From: Somniosus microcephalus
Taxonomy: Eukaryota
DNA: 64,000 nt
Assembly (NCBI GenBank): GCA_052327205.1
Contig: CM126206.1
Location: 286,812,001 to 286,876,000, forward strand
Reading direction: 5' to 3'
In this document: piece after piece, positions 50,197-63,877 of the stretch
How positions within the stretch are numbered: the first letter of the stretch is position 1
How the letters are laid out: every line of letters starts with the position of its first letter
Notes under the pieces: generated by a model
What the model was told of the DNA's origin: nothing
The model's database searches: none
What the model saw: only the letters and a program-made list of their open reading frames with translations
Program-made: the position numbers and the translations under genes

Positions 50197-50668
50197 TAGG
50201 GTACAGTAGTGTAGTGGTTATGTTACTGCACTAGTAATCCAGAGGCCTAGACTAGCAATCCAGAAAACGGGAGTTCAGACCCCCCCCATAACAGTTTGAG
50301 ATTGAAATTAGTTTAAAAAAAAGCTGGGAATAAGAAGCTGGTATCAGTGAAAGTGAGCATGAAGCTGTCGGATTGTCGTAAAAACCCAACTGGTTCACTA
50401 ATGTCCTTCAGGGAAGGAAACCTGCTGTCCTTAATCAGTCTGGCCTATATGTGACTCCAGTCCCCCACCAACGTGGTTGACTCTTAACTGCCCTCTGAAG
50501 TGGCCCAGCCAGCAAGCAACTCAGTTGTATCAAATCGCTACAAAGAATATGGACTGCAGCGCTTCAAGAAGAAGGCCCACCATCAGCTTCTCAGGGTAAA
50601 TAGGGGATGAGCAATAGATTCTGGGCTTGCCAGTGATGCCCACATCCCGAGAATGACATTCAAAAAAA
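50197..50668 (+). mobile_element. Second tRNA-derived SINE family, full length
   Basis: A-box-like tagtgtagtgg, B-box-like gagttcagacc, core aaaacccaactggttcactaatgtccttcagggaaggaaacctgc, tail shared with the LINE at 28276. Confidence 0.8.
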
Positions 50669-51539
50669 AATCTCCTCACCTGCTGCATTTTGAATTTTCA
50701 GATTTTAGTGACGTAATGGCTTTTTTTTCTGTCTTCTAATTCTTTTTTTCTTTTTGCTTGCTTATATATTCTTTTCCCCTAACCCCCCCACCCCCCCACA
50801 CCCCCACCAACCCACTATCCTTCTTATAACGCTCTGTCAGGCAGCCCTTTAGCCAGTACCTAGCTGGGAAGTGTTAGAATACCAGGGCATGACCCTCTCT
50901 GCCTCCCTGTGGAAACAACTGCTGACCTTTGCTGGGCCTCTCTCCATGACAACAGAGTTCAAATTCGAAGGTCACAGTGTGGGGAATAATGTTCCCTATC
51001 CCCTTAGTTTGTTCCATGCTTAGTTGGTTGAATGCATTTTGTGCTTTTTCACTTCATACACTCTCATTTCATATCTGATATTGATATTGATTTGCAGCAA
51101 GTTTTCAAAAAAAATTCGACAAGTGGATCCCATCATCACTCTCTTGAATCCTTGATGTTCCCCATGATCCACAGTTTCCACTTTCATCCCTGATTGATTT
51201 CAATTATGGTACAAAATGCATCTGTGATCAAAAAAAATGTTTCTCTGCTTTGGGCTGATGTTGGAGGATGTGTTTCACATACATTGCCAACTAAATGACC
51301 CTAAATAGGTGCTCAAATGGGACATTTCATTAAAGGCCAGATGAGAAGAAATACATGTCAATGGAATCTTTTATAACTATTTCCCTCCTCTTCCCCTGAC
51401 AGCGGACGGGCCCCAATACCTCTCCCAAGTGTCCGTTGTTCATGTGTGAGATTAGACTGTAGGGCATACCACAGTCGAGCCTGATCCTGTCTTAACCCAA
51501 CATCCACTTACGTATGCACTTTCCAGCAGCATCACCGTA

Positions 51540-52000
51540 TAGAAAGAAAGACTTGAATTCTTATAGCACCTTTCACATTCTCAGGACGTCCCAAAGCATT
51601 TCACAGCCAATGAAGTACTTCTTGAAGTATAGTCGCTGTTGTACTGTAGGAAATGTGGCAGCTAATTTGCACACAGTAAGATCCCACAAACAGTAATATG
51701 ATAAATGGCCAATAGTCTGATTTAGTGATGTTGGGTGAGGGATAAATATTGGCCAGGACACCGGGGAGAACTCCATTACTCTTCTTCGAATAGCGCCATG
51801 GGATCTTTTACGTCCACCTGAGAGGGCAGATAGGGCCTCGGTTAAACATCTCATCTGAACGATGGCACTGCCGACAGTGCAGCACTCCCTCAGTATTGCA
51901 TGGGAGTGTCAGCCTAGATTATGTCATCAAGTCTCTGGAGTTGGGCTTGAATCCACAACCTCCTGGCTTAAAGGCGAGAGTGCTATCAACTGAGCCAGGA
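51540..52000 (-). mobile_element. Full-length SacSINE1-like SINE
   Basis: Tail, Deu core, head. Confidence 0.9.
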
Positions 52001-53269
52001 CTAACAACTAAATAGTAGGCCTGGCTGATCTTTTCCTCTCCCCAAACCAGCGACACTGAGGTCAATTATAGCAGCCTCATCACTGCTCCAGCTGGTATCA
52101 GCTGATAAAGGGCATGGGTCAAACTGGGGCAGTCTTGCTCTGTACAGTTCGGTACCATACAATGCAGTGCAGTGGGTCATTGAGCAACCTAGGGGCTCCA
52201 AATCAGGCTTTCAAAAGCTGCAATCACTTTTGGTCATAAAATACGATTCATTATTGTGAGCTAAAAGAGGGAAGACTATGCAGAGGCTATGATTCTTTCA
52301 CACTCTGGAGGAAGAAACCTGCTGGATTGTACAGGTTAGCGGCATTGTAAGCATAATGGGAAGACTTCTAGCAAAATCCCTTAAATGTTCTAAGTGTAAT
52401 AGCAATCTGAGGAAATCTCACCCACTCGCGAGGCGCCACAGATAGGTGATGCTGTGTAAAGGTGCCAAGGACCACAGGCTGCAGGAATCTTTCACTGGAC
52501 ACACTGCTTTGCAATTTCCTTTCACAGCAGATTTAGCGAGAGGGCTTTCGGTGGGTGAGCAGAAAGCTGTGTCTTTACTCAGGAGAAACAGCTGCCTTTC
52601 CTATTCTTCTCATTTTGCCTGCTGTCATTTTCAAATGGAGTGAAATGCTTCATCAGAACGTTAGCTGCAGTTGGTGGGACTTCATACAGATTAGCACCGT
52701 AATGTTTGGACAGCTGCGATCGTGATTGAAGGACTTCATTAATGTTCTGGAATGTTCTGGCCATTTTTATTTATTGATGTAGTTTCTGTAAATATTTTCT
52801 TTGCTTTAAGAGAACGTTACCATCACTTTGGCGGGAAGGGGGGAGTGTTTTAGGGAACACATTAGCTGATTTGCCCTCGTGCTCAGAGCCTCAAGTTCGT
52901 GCTACATTGCAAAAGTTTCCTTTTTTGCACTCAACTTGTTTTAAATACTAGACAAAGGTTAAAATTAAATGGACGCTGGTTTCTTCGATCCCTAACCTGT
53001 GCTTATAGTCCTTCATCATCGTCGCTGGTTCAATATCCTGGAACTCCCTACCTAACAGCAGTGTGGGAGCACCTTCACCGCATGGACTGCAGTGGTTCAA
53101 GAGGAAAGCTCACCACCACCTTCTCAAGACAGCTAGGGATGGGCAATAAATGCCGGTCTTGCCAGCGACGCCCACACTCCGAGAATCAATAAAAAATTGA
53201 CATTGTGGGACTGATTCAGGATCTGTATCGCAGGTTTTTAAAAATTCATTTATGGGTGTGGGCGTTGTC

Positions 53270-54005
53270 TCAGGATAAGGGGTAGGCCATTTAAGACCGA
53301 GATGAGGAGGAATTTCTTCACTCAGATGGTTGTGAATCTTTGGAATTCTCTGCCCCAGAGGGCTGTGAATGCTGAGTCATTGGGTATATTCAAAACAGAC
53401 GTCAATAGATTTCTGACTACAGGAAACTTTGTGTTATCCGGAGGCTAAATGTCCGGCAAGCTCGAGCCACCGGCAAAAATCAGGAGCTGTTTCGTTAGGT
53501 TTTTTTTCTTTTTGTTGCTTTTTATTCAACAGTCAAGCTCTGCAAGGTCTCGCTGAAGCTGTTGCTAAGCTACAGAGACGCTTGCAAGGTACGGCCGACT
53601 GTTTAGAAGCTGTTGCTAAGCAACAGGGTTTGTTGCCAGATACGGAGCTCAAAATCTCCGTATGTTTCAACATTAGCGCTGGTTTGTCTGGCAGTTTTGA
53701 TGGGACGGCAACAGCTCGGTCCCGTCGGTGCCAGATAGCACAAAGTTTCCTGTAGTAAGGGCATCAAGGGACATGGGGATAGGGCAGGAAAGTGGAGTTG
53801 AGGTCGAAGAATTCTCTGCCCCAAAGGGCTGTGGATGCTGAGTTGTTGAGTATATTCAAGACTGAGATAGATAGATTTTTGGACTCTAGGGGAATCAAGA
53901 GGTATGGAGAGAAAGTGGAGTAGAGGTCGATGATCAGCCACGATCTTATTGAATGGTGGAGCAGGCTCGAGGGACCGTATGGCCTTCTCCTGCTCCTATT
54001 TCTTA
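53270..54005 (+). mobile_element. Two tandem CR1 3' fragments, the first split by a MITE
   Basis: gaattctctgcccca.agggctgtg.atgctgag occurs at ~53343 and ~53809. Confidence 0.82.
53420..53752. mobile_element. TA-flanked MITE
   Basis: TA|CAGGAAACTTTGTG...CACAAAGTTTCCTG|TA (14-bp perfect TIR); X-box-like motifs at 53561 and 53612. Confidence 0.9.
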
Positions 54006-54014
54006 TGGTCTTAA

Positions 54015-54370
54015 GGTAGGAAATGCGGTAACCAATTTGCAAAGAGCAAGGTCCCACAAACAGCAATAACATAATGACCAGATAATTTGTTTTCTTGATG
54101 TTGGTTGGGGATAAATATTGGCCAGGACACCAGGCCGAACTCCCCTGCTCTTCTGCGAATAGTGCCAAGAGACCTTTTACATCCACCTTGGAGAGCAGAC
54201 GGGACCACCGTTTAATGTCTCATCTGAAAGATGGCACCTCTGACAGTGCAGCACTCCCTCAGTACTGCACTGGGATTGTCAGCCTAGATTTTGTGCTCAA
54301 GATTCTAAAGAAAGAGGTGCTTGAACCCACAATCTTCAGGCTCAGAGGGGAGAGTGCAACCACTATGCCA
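54015..54370 (-). mobile_element. SacSINE1-like SINE, partial
   Basis: Deu core and head. Confidence 0.85.
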
Positions 54371-54699
54371 CGACCGATACCTTGGAAGATCGATACAGGC
54401 CAGTGGGCTCAAAAGCACTTGCGACCAGAAATATAGCTGGCCTTCCCCTCCCGTGGCAAGTGTTTGTTTGTTTGAAGTGGTGCCACAATCGCACCAGTGC
54501 TCTCTCATTTACTTTGCTGCCTCATTCTTGATGGGATGTGACAGTTGGCTCAGGTTTCTGCTTCTGATCACTATCCAGTGACCCATGTGGTTGAACAGCA
54601 CAACAACAACTTCTGGTTTAGGCTGTCGCACGAAGAATGGGCCCTTGCGTGAGGTACTGGAGGGTGTCCTTGGAACCATGCCTGACAAGAGGTAGTGCC

Positions 54700-55010
54700 T
54701 TCAACCACAACACCTTATATTAATGTAGGGCCTTTAACATTGTGAAGCACCTTGACATGTTTTACTATCAAAATTTGACACCGAACAGGTGACCAAAAAC
54801 TTGGTCAAAGATGTAGGTTTTAAGGAGTGTCTTAAAGGAGGAGAGAGCGGTAGCGAGGCAGTGAGGTTTAGGGATGGAACTCTAGAGCTTCGGGTCTACA
54901 TGGCTGAAGGCAGGACCACCAATGGTGGAGCGATGAAAATCGGGGATGCACAAGAGGTCAGAATTGGTGGCGCGCCGAGATCTCGGAAAGTTATCGGGCT
55001 AGGTCTAGGG
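54700..55010 (-). mobile_element. L2 3' end, degenerate
   Basis: gtgaccaaaaacttggtcaaagatgtaggttttaaggag. Confidence 0.75.
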
Positions 55011-56210
55011 AGGTGAGCGGGGAGGAAACTGGGGGTAAAAAAAAGATGAAAACAATATAGTTCCTTTCACCACATCACGTCTGCCTTGGCCCCCTGGTAA
55101 CACAATGCACTTGGCTTTTCATGGTGGGATGGAATGCAGTCAGTAACAGTCCCACGCTGTATGTGAACAAATCTCCTCGGAACTTCAACGGAATTCTTGC
55201 ACACCAATGTAAGAGTGCAGGGGGAAATCTATTTAAAATTAGGTTGTTATTTATTCAGCAGCGCAAAACAAATGAGGACAATGGCAGCTCGAGGGACGGT
55301 AGACTGGCACCCATTCCCTCGCCAATCCAGACCTTGCCAGTGGAATTCAGACCAATGTTCCAACTGTGTTTTCAGATTATGGAACATCTCAGTTTAAAAC
55401 TGGGTAACATTACACACCAAAAGCAACACAGGACAGTGCAAGGAAACAGCTGGCTGCTTGTCTCTGTTTATCGAGTGACTTTTATTGTGTTTCCTTGCCA
55501 AACAAATGGCTGCCTCTCTGTGGAAAAAATAACACTTTGATGTTCCAGATTGTTTCAAAAGTCAAAGCTCATGGAAATGAGTATTGCGCAAGTAAAAAGG
55601 CTGATCTGGTTCTTTCCCCCTTACCCCTCCAATTCTCCAATCTTACCCCTCCTCTCATTGCAACATAGGAATTTAGGAACAGGGATCTGCTGTTAGCCAT
55701 GCCAGCTCTTTTTAATCTCAATTCCCTGCCATTTCTTGATAGCCAAGAACATCCATCATATGTTGTATCTCTCCTCTTCTGCCGACATTCTCCCACCTCC
55801 AGAACACTGCCTGTTTGTCCCCCTACCCCTGGTCTTGAACCTCCAATCTGGGACACCTTCAACTCCAGAACAGATTTATATTGGCCTTTGCTCCGTCACC
55901 CTTCACAAACTCCAGTTAATCCAAAACTTCATGGCAAAGAGCCACACTACCCTCACTTCTGTCTTTGCCAAGCTCCCTCTCCCACATAGCATTGACTTCA
56001 AGGTCTTTGATCCTTATGCTCAAATCCCTCCTCAGCCACAATCCACTCCTTCACCCTTCCCGATACTAACTTACTACTTATTTCCTGCTCCCTCTGATCG
56101 CCCCTCTGATCGACCGTGAGAGATTATCTTTCAGTCCCTGCTCTTTGAAATAGTTTCCCTAAATTACTTTGTGTTTCCGTATCTCTCTTTATATATAAAT
56201 GATGAGTGAG

Positions 56211-56655
56211 CAGTGGCTCAGTGGTAGCAGCCTTGCCTCTGAGTCAGTCGGTTGTGAGTTCACGTCTCCATTTCCAGCAACTTGAGCAGAAAGTCCAGGC
56301 TGACACTCCAGTGCAGTGCTGAGGGAGTGCTGCACTGTTGGAGGTGCCGTCTTTTGGATGAGATGTTAAACCGAGGTCCTGTCTGCCCTCAGGTGGGCGT
56401 AAAAGATTCCATGGCACTATTGTGAAGAAGAGCTGAGGAGTTCTCCCCGGTGTTCTGGCCAATATTTATCCCTCAACCAACACCACTAAAACAGGTCATC
56501 ATCACATTGCTGTTTGTGGGATCTTGCTGAGCGCAAATTGGCTGCCGCATTTCTTACATTACAACAGTGTCTACACTTCAAAAGTATTTCATTGGCTGTA
56601 AAGCGCTTTTGGACATCCTGAGGTCATGAAAGGCGCTATATAACTGCAAGGTTTT
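56211..56655 (+). mobile_element. Full-length SacSINE1-like SINE
   Basis: Head, Deu core, tail. Confidence 0.9.
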
Positions 56656-58453
56656 TTTTATAATTCAGTGTGAAGTCTTAATAAGTCAAAATATGTGTCT
56701 CCTATTTTGTCATTGTCTTTTGCCACGTATCGTTGTAGTCTCTCTTTACTGTGAACCTTCTGCAGCTTTTCGGCATCACTCGGGGGAATCCGTGCCCTTG
56801 CGGAAAGCTGTCTGCAGCTGTTGTGCGGAGTCGTGTCACGGCTGTTATCCAGCTGTGGTATTCTGAGTGGGAGAGAAGCATTGGAATGAGGTACCAGAAG
56901 GTGCTGTGAGAACTCTACCCCAGCGTGAGCTGACACCATCAGAGGAGGCACAGGGAATGGGAGTCAGTCGCAACGTAACGTCATTGCGGGTGCAACGATA
57001 ACTGATTCAGCAGGGCAGAGGCCTGCACCCAATCGGCATAGGCGCTCAGGCCACTGCTAAATGTTATTTTTCAGGCAACCCTGGATGAATGTATCCTGCA
57101 CTAATTTCAGACGCGGGCTCCTAAATTTGTTTGCTTTAGTCAGAGCTTGGGGAGTAGGTAAGACCCACAGACCTAGGGGGTCATTTCAACATTGACTTCA
57201 ATGGAATGTGAAACCGGGTGGTTTAGGTTAAAATTACGACCACACCGCCCTCCCCCGCCCCCCCCTCCGCCGGCTCTAGTCTGATCTCAACAGGACAGCA
57301 GTTGAGGAACTATACAACTGACCTCTGCCCTCCTGCGTTAGAGAGAGGAAAAGCTGCAAGTGGTCCAGCTCGCTGCAAAGTGCTCCCGCGTTAGATATCA
57401 GAATCAAGCTCCCCTGTGATGCCTCTGCAGTTGAATAGCCTACCAACTCGTACTATCGAAGCTCGTACATGAATCGTGGCGAGTTGGGTGACATGCTGGA
57501 ACAGTATCCGGGCAAGAGTTCAATGCCTTCAAGGGAGGAAGGGAGACAATTGGCAAGAAATAAAACCAAGACACTCCCACAAAACGGCACCAGTTTAAAT
57601 GCCTATTCTATCAGTTGCACCCCACTCTGATTTTCTCCCTTCCTTACCTGAAGGCAGCGACCCATTCTGGCGTACTGTTCCAAGGGCACCGGCTGCTCTC
57701 CAGAACCTCACCCACCTAGCTACTCTTCATAATTCTGCTTAGATAGTGAGTTGCCAACAGGCTATTTGGCCATGGGGTGTAGCATCACAGTCATGTAACC
57801 ACCCAATATTGCACATGATGCCTCAGCTATCAATTTGTGCCTGATCTCTATTACTATGCCCCCGCCCCCCTCCACCCCCATCCTGCACGCAGCTTTTCAC
57901 CAGGCTTATACACAGCGTGCTGAGCACGGCAAAATAAGTGATAATAAGACTTGTGGGGAGCCACCATGCCCCATATAAGTGGGGCAGTGTCATTAATCCT
58001 CCCTCAATACTTATACAAAATGGTTTAGTTGCACAGCAACCACAGTGTGGATTATCTCTGAATCACCCCGAGCACAGCAATTATACAAAATATTGGGCGG
58101 GTTGGAGTCTAGCCCTGGCAAGGAACCTGCCTGATTTTCCTCAATGGTGTTGAATCCCGAGTTGGGGCCCAACCAGACGTGGAGAGGAAGCAGAGTGAGA
58201 TTCCTTGGAGGAGAGAGCCTCCCTGCGCTTCACTCTGGAGTCAGATTGACAGACTCCGGATATACAACGCACGCGCTGGTGTGAAGCACTGACAATAATG
58301 CTGTACTTTGTGTGTGAACGCAGCCATATTGAGCTCGCTCCGACTGAGGGATTTATTGTTCCTGATTCTACTGGGCTGATGTGTGGTGTCTGATGGGAAG
58401 AAGCAATCTAATTAAGATAAGAGCACATAGAAAACTGATGAGACCCTCAATTT

Positions 58454-58636
58454 GGGGCTCGATTTTCGTCGAGTCCCTGGGTGACAACCTGGCGGAGCAG
58501 CTCTCCCGTTCGATGTAGAACCCGCCCGAGTTTCATTCGGTTGAAATCACGCAGGTCTATTTTTGGTGGAGTAGGGGAAAGGGGATCTGCTGTGCCAGAT
58601 TATCGTCCGGGGGGGGTCAAGATGAAAATGGACCCC
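58454..58636. mobile_element. Small Harbinger-like MITE
   Basis: ggggctcgattttcgtc / gatgaaaatggacccc imperfect TIRs resembling the 24373 element. Confidence 0.5.
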
Positions 58637-58739
58637 CTCTTCCCCTTCACCACCCCCCCCCCCATCTCAATCCTGCTCCCAGTTCCATTTACATCAGCTG
58701 GCTGGCTATTTTGATTCTTGGCATAAACACTGTTGTCTT

Positions 58740-59492
58740 TTGATCCCCCATTCCCTTCACCCCACCATTGGCGGCCATGCTTTCAGCCGCCTAGGCCCTA
58801 AGCTCTGTAATTCCCTCCTTAAGTGTCAGTGTTGGCGTCGGCTGTGGCTCAGTTGGTAGCACACTCGCCTCTGAGTCAGAAGGTTGTGGGTTCAAGTCCC
58901 ACCCAGGGACTTGTAGCACATAAAGCTAGGCTGACACTCCAATGCAGTGCTGAGGGAGTGCTGCACTGTCGGAGGTGCCGTCTTTCGGATGAAACGTTAA
59001 ACCGAGGCCCCATCTGCTCTCTTGGGTGGACGTAAAAGATCCCATGGCACTATTTCGAAAAAGAGCAGGGGAGTTATCCCCGATGTCCTGGCCAATATTT
59101 ATCCCTCAACCAACATAACAAAAACAGATTATCTGGTCAGTATCACATTGCTGTTTGAGGGAGCTTGCTGTGTGCAAATTGGCTGCCATGTTTCCCACAT
59201 TACAACAGTGACTCCACTTCAAAAGTACTTCATTGGCTGTAAAGCACTTTGGGATGTCTGGTGGTCGTGAAAGGCGCTATATAAATGCAAGTCATTAAAA
59301 AAAAATCTCTCGGCCTCTCCATCTCTCTCCTTCTTTAAGATGCTGCTTAAAACCTATCTCTTTGACCAAGCTCCTGTCCTAATATCTCATTATGTGGCTC
59401 GGTGTCAAATTTTGTTTGACAACGCTCCTGTGAAGTGCCTTGGGACGTTTTACTACATTAAAGGTGCTATATAAATGCAATTTGTTTTTGTT
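58740..59492 (+). mobile_element. L2 3' end interrupted by a SINE
   Basis: L2 sequence stops at ttccctccttaa (58822) and resumes at tctctcggcctctcc (59306). Confidence 0.85.
58835..59305 (+). mobile_element. Full-length SacSINE1-like SINE nested in L2
   Basis: Near-consensus copy with A-rich end. Confidence 0.92.
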
Positions 59493-59574
59493 GATTGCTG
59501 CTGTCAACCATCAAACCAAATCGCATTTTCCCACAGATTTTCTATTGTTTGCAGCTCATTTTAGGCATTTAAAA

Positions 59575-59870
59575 AAAATTCTCAGGATATGGGTGACGCT
59601 GGCAAGGCCGGCATTTATTGCCCTGAGACGGTGGTGGTGGGTGGCCTTCTTGAACCACTGATAGTGGTTTGATACAACTGAATGGCTTGCTTGGTCACTT
59701 CAGAGGGCATTAAGAGTCGACCACGTTGGTGTGGGTCTGGAGTCACATGTAGGCCAGACCAGGTAAAAATGGCAGGTTTCCTTCCTTAAAGGACATTAGA
59801 GAACCAGTTGGGTTTTTACAACAATCCAACAGCTTCATGGTCACTTTTATTGATTTTTTCAAAACTGAAC
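59575..59870 (-). mobile_element. Second SINE family, 3' part
   Basis: Reverse complement of the 50197 core and tail. Confidence 0.8.
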
Positions 59871-60132
59871 GCCCGCCCCAAAACCCAGGCAGATTTAAGC
59901 CCTTGCTATTACTCAGAATGAAGACGTTCTACAGTACTTGGGTGAGTTGTCGAACTTTCTAAACAATGAGCACAATAATTGTCTTCTCCTCTATCTCTTT
60001 GAAAGAGATCTACTTAAGAATTAGACCGAGGAATTAGACCGAGGATTATAAGAATCGTTCTTTTGGAGACCATTGAATATTAGTTAGAGCATGATCGAAT
60101 GTGAACTGTCAGGGAAGTGAACACATTAGGGA

Positions 60133-60388
60133 TAGGGTTGCCAAACCCTCCAGGATTGTTCTGGAGTCTCCAGGAATTAATGATTAATCTCTTGGGCACT
60201 GGTTTGAGAAACCCAGGAGAAAAATCATTGGGGTGTTCAAAAAGACTTAAAAATATATATTTTTAACGCTTTCATTTATTACTAATAAAAATATTGGAGA
60301 TGGCTGTGAGAGTGGGCGGGGCGGTTAGAGGTGGGAAGTCATGTGATGAAACATCCAAAAATACGGCCAACCAAAATTGGCAATTTTA
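60133..60388. mobile_element. hAT-type MITE
   Basis: TAGGGTTGCCAA ... TTGGCAATTTTA with a perfect 8-bp TSD ATTAGGGA (60125-60132, 60389-60396). Confidence 0.88.
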
Positions 60389-61389
60389 ATTAGGGATGAA
60401 GAAAAGATGGAATGCAAGATTAGATTGGCATTCTGGAGTTTTACTTGATTTATCTTTAGAGATCGGGGGTAAACTTTGTAAAATCTGTCCTCAAAAGTTT
60501 AAATGAGTTTAGAGTCCAGGGTCAAGCAAGTTGTACATGGCCTAAAATGGGTGGATGATCTTGAAACGTTCTTATATTTAAAATGACAGAGAGAGAGAGA
60601 GAGAGCAAGTAAGTTTTTTTTTTAAGTGGTGCAGGCCTGGTCTTGATGTTGACTTGGCAACTCCCATAGAAACCTGTCATCCAGGTGACCATTGATAGCA
60701 GATGCTGTAATTCAATGCGCACATTCACTTATATAGCTGTGATGAGAAGCAGATAAAAGGGAGCTCTGTCTTTAGTAAAGCTTTAGAAATCCAAATGTTA
60801 TGAGGTAACTGGAGAAACGCTGGGCTCAATTTATACATCTTCTTAAGTAGCAGACTAATTGGTCTGCATCACACCGAAATTGAGCGAATGCCTAAATTTG
60901 GCATTTTCAGCTATTTAGCACTACAGCGAAGCCTTCAGTCTGTGTAAGTACTGTTCATCTGGTCATCGCTGTAATGATTTCTTTTTGGGTTCAATAAAGA
61001 CTCATTTCTGAAAGAGAATGTTGTTTAATCTACAGTCTTGTTCAAGACTTTCTACAGCTTTTTACAGAACACACTATGCTGTGATGCATCTAGAATGAAA
61101 CTGAAAGTAAAACTCCTCTGGACTGCTTGTCTCTCACATGACCTCTGCTGGTCAGGCACAAGTAATCAAAAACGCAGACAAATATGCTGTAAGGCATAAG
61201 TAATCAAACACAGACAAATATCATCACTATTTGCTGATATCATTACAATCGCCGCCTCCAGGCAAGCAGCGTCCACTAGGTTTGCGAACAATGTTCCTTC
61301 TAATTTTTTTTTGGGCACCCCGTGGCCCCTTTAAGGGGCAATGCAAACCATTCAATCGGCAAGCCGGCTGCCCGGGATCCCTGGAGCGT

Positions 61390-61768
61390 GCAGCTAACCC
61401 TCCAGCATTGCCCTGGAGTCTCCAGGGATTAAAGGCTAATCTCCAGGATACTGCTGTGAGCAACCCAGGAGAAAAATCATAGGGGCAATAACATTTAAAA
61501 AAAATTCCTCTGTTTAATAGTTATAAAAATAATGGACTTAGGGTGGGGGTGGGGGGAGGGCGAGATAAGCTGTTAACTGATGATGAAGAATCATCCAATC
61601 AGGTAATGAAGATTCTATTCACTTTCCGATTGACGGAGGAAGGTGGCGCACCGTGAGGATAGAGATGTCGGGCGACCAATGGCGAGAGTGTGAGGGCGGG
61701 ACAATTGGAGGCAGAAGGTCATGTGATGAAACTTCCAGGAATATGGCCAACTGCAGTTGGCAACCCTA
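61390..61768. mobile_element. Second copy of the hAT-type MITE; left end degenerate
   Basis: Shares aaccctccag..ctggagtctccagg..acccaggagaaaaatcat; right TIR TTGGCAACCCTA. Confidence 0.78.
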
Positions 61769-63877
61769 GGCCACACCGGTATGCTGAGTGTTGGACTGAA
61801 AATGGACGTACGCGAAGGGGCTGCTGTCTCCGCACTTGCTAATTTTAAGGAAGATTCACTCTGAAAGAGGGCCCTCTTCTCCCCTCAGGGGAATGGCCTC
61901 TATGTTTAAAATTACACTTTGCAGACTTGCGCCCCCAAGTTTCTTATTTGCTGGTGGGAGTTGGGCCTAGCTTATTTAAATGAGGTCTGGGAGTTACAAC
62001 AGCTCGGGCCTTGCATCACGCTCGCCCCTGTGTCCCGAGTTAAAACCGCACATTGTTTTATCACTGGCTTTTGTCATAATTTTGATAATAAAGGCATAGC
62101 TCCTCTTGTTCTCCAAATATTATTTGTTGGTTGAATGATGCAGATCTTTTAAACTGTAATGGAGTAACTAAATGTAAGTGTGTTAGACTGTAAATACGGG
62201 ACCCGTGATAGAAGTACAGAGTGAACAAACCTCAAATGAGACTAGAAAGTGGGAGAGTTTATTCCCACAGGATCATTATATAGTATGAGTCAGCTGGGAG
62301 GGTCCCGTTTACCTGTGTCGGCTCTCAGTTCCTGACATTTTTCCAGACAGGGTAATGAAACCGTGTAGTGAGGAGGTTTGACTGCACCACTGAGAGTCAG
62401 GGACTGACACAGATGGCAACAGATGAGATGGGATCCTCGCAAATCAATCAGGAGACTTGTACGGTAAGAGCTGTGAATATATCATCGAACCATACAGCAC
62501 AGAAGGAGGCCATTCGGCCCATCATGACTGTGTTGGTTCTTTGAAAGAGCTATCCAATTAGTTCCACTCCGCTTTTGAAAGTTACTATTGAATCTGCTTC
62601 CACCTCCCTTTCAGACAGTGAATTCCAGATCATAAAAAAGCGTTAAAAATATCTCCTCATCTTCCCTCTGGTTCTTTTGCCAATTACCTTAAATCTGTGT
62701 CCTCTGGTTACCGACCCTCCTGCCAGTGGAAACAGTTTCTCCTTATTTACTCTCTCAAAACCCCTCATGATTTTGAACACCTCTGTCAAATCTCCTCTTA
62801 ACCTTCTCTTCTCTCAGGAGAACAACCCCCGTTGCTCTAGACGCTCCACATAACTGAAGTTATGGATCAGGCTTCCACCAGGAACAGTTGATGGTGTGTC
62901 AACTCTCTCCCTCAGAAAGAGCTGGATAAATATCGGAGTAGGACAGAGAATGATTATACACTGCATGGAATCCAATGGCTCACGTGTGCCTGTATCGATG
63001 GAGATGTGAAAAGCAACTGGGCAGCTTTGAACGGTGGAGGTGTGGGAGTGGATCAATAACCTACAGTTTGGTTTGATTGGCTGTAATGGGTGGTTGGGCT
63101 GAATGGCCTGACTTGCTTGCTTACGTCGATCTACTCTTTAAACACTCTTTCCTGAAGGCATAACCCCTTTAAAATAGGTTTAATTGTATTTCTGGAGTGA
63201 TGGGTGGAGTGGATAATGTTTTATAAATGTGCTTATCAACCAGAACAAGTCTTGCTGCAACTTATTGTGAATTCCAAATGCACATTCCAGCATATGGAGA
63301 ACAACACAGAGCAGAAGGTGTGCACAAATCATTGAGAAAGGTATGAAGTATTTATAAGGAGACAGAATTTCTCCAACCGCCCCCCCCCCCGCAAGATCAG
63401 CCTTATATAAAACACATGCACAGACAGAGAGCGCTTCAGAAATGAAAGGGCAGAGCGTTTGACAGATGCAAGAATAAAAACACATTGCTTTCCTTCCCAG
63501 CAGGCTTACTTGGTAGCAACATATGTCAGGAAAAAGTCTAACAAAAATAAGCAGCTACACAGCAGCACTTCCCCAGAAACGAAGGAAGAACTGATGGAAT
63601 TTTGCTGAGATGTAAGGCATTTGGGTTATTTGCTTCACTTTATTAAGAGATCCTTGCAGGAAGGGTCAGTTTGCATTTTGCTTCCGAAAAAGATTGCTTT
63701 CGTTATTGGGAGAAGAGGACCGTTAATTGTCGGTCTGCTTTTTAATGAAAATTAACAATGAAGGATTTATGGAGCAGTGTAATGGCAGCAGGAATTTCTG
63801 TCTTGCAAATCTGTACACAAACAAGCTCAGGTCCACAACCTTTCATCTCGTGAACAAATGTTTGTACTGTTTTCAAT

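Noticed and set aside
60018-60045. Short direct repeats (gaattagaccgag x2; also near 56090 and 61155-61222)
   Set aside because: Ordinary local slippage duplications.
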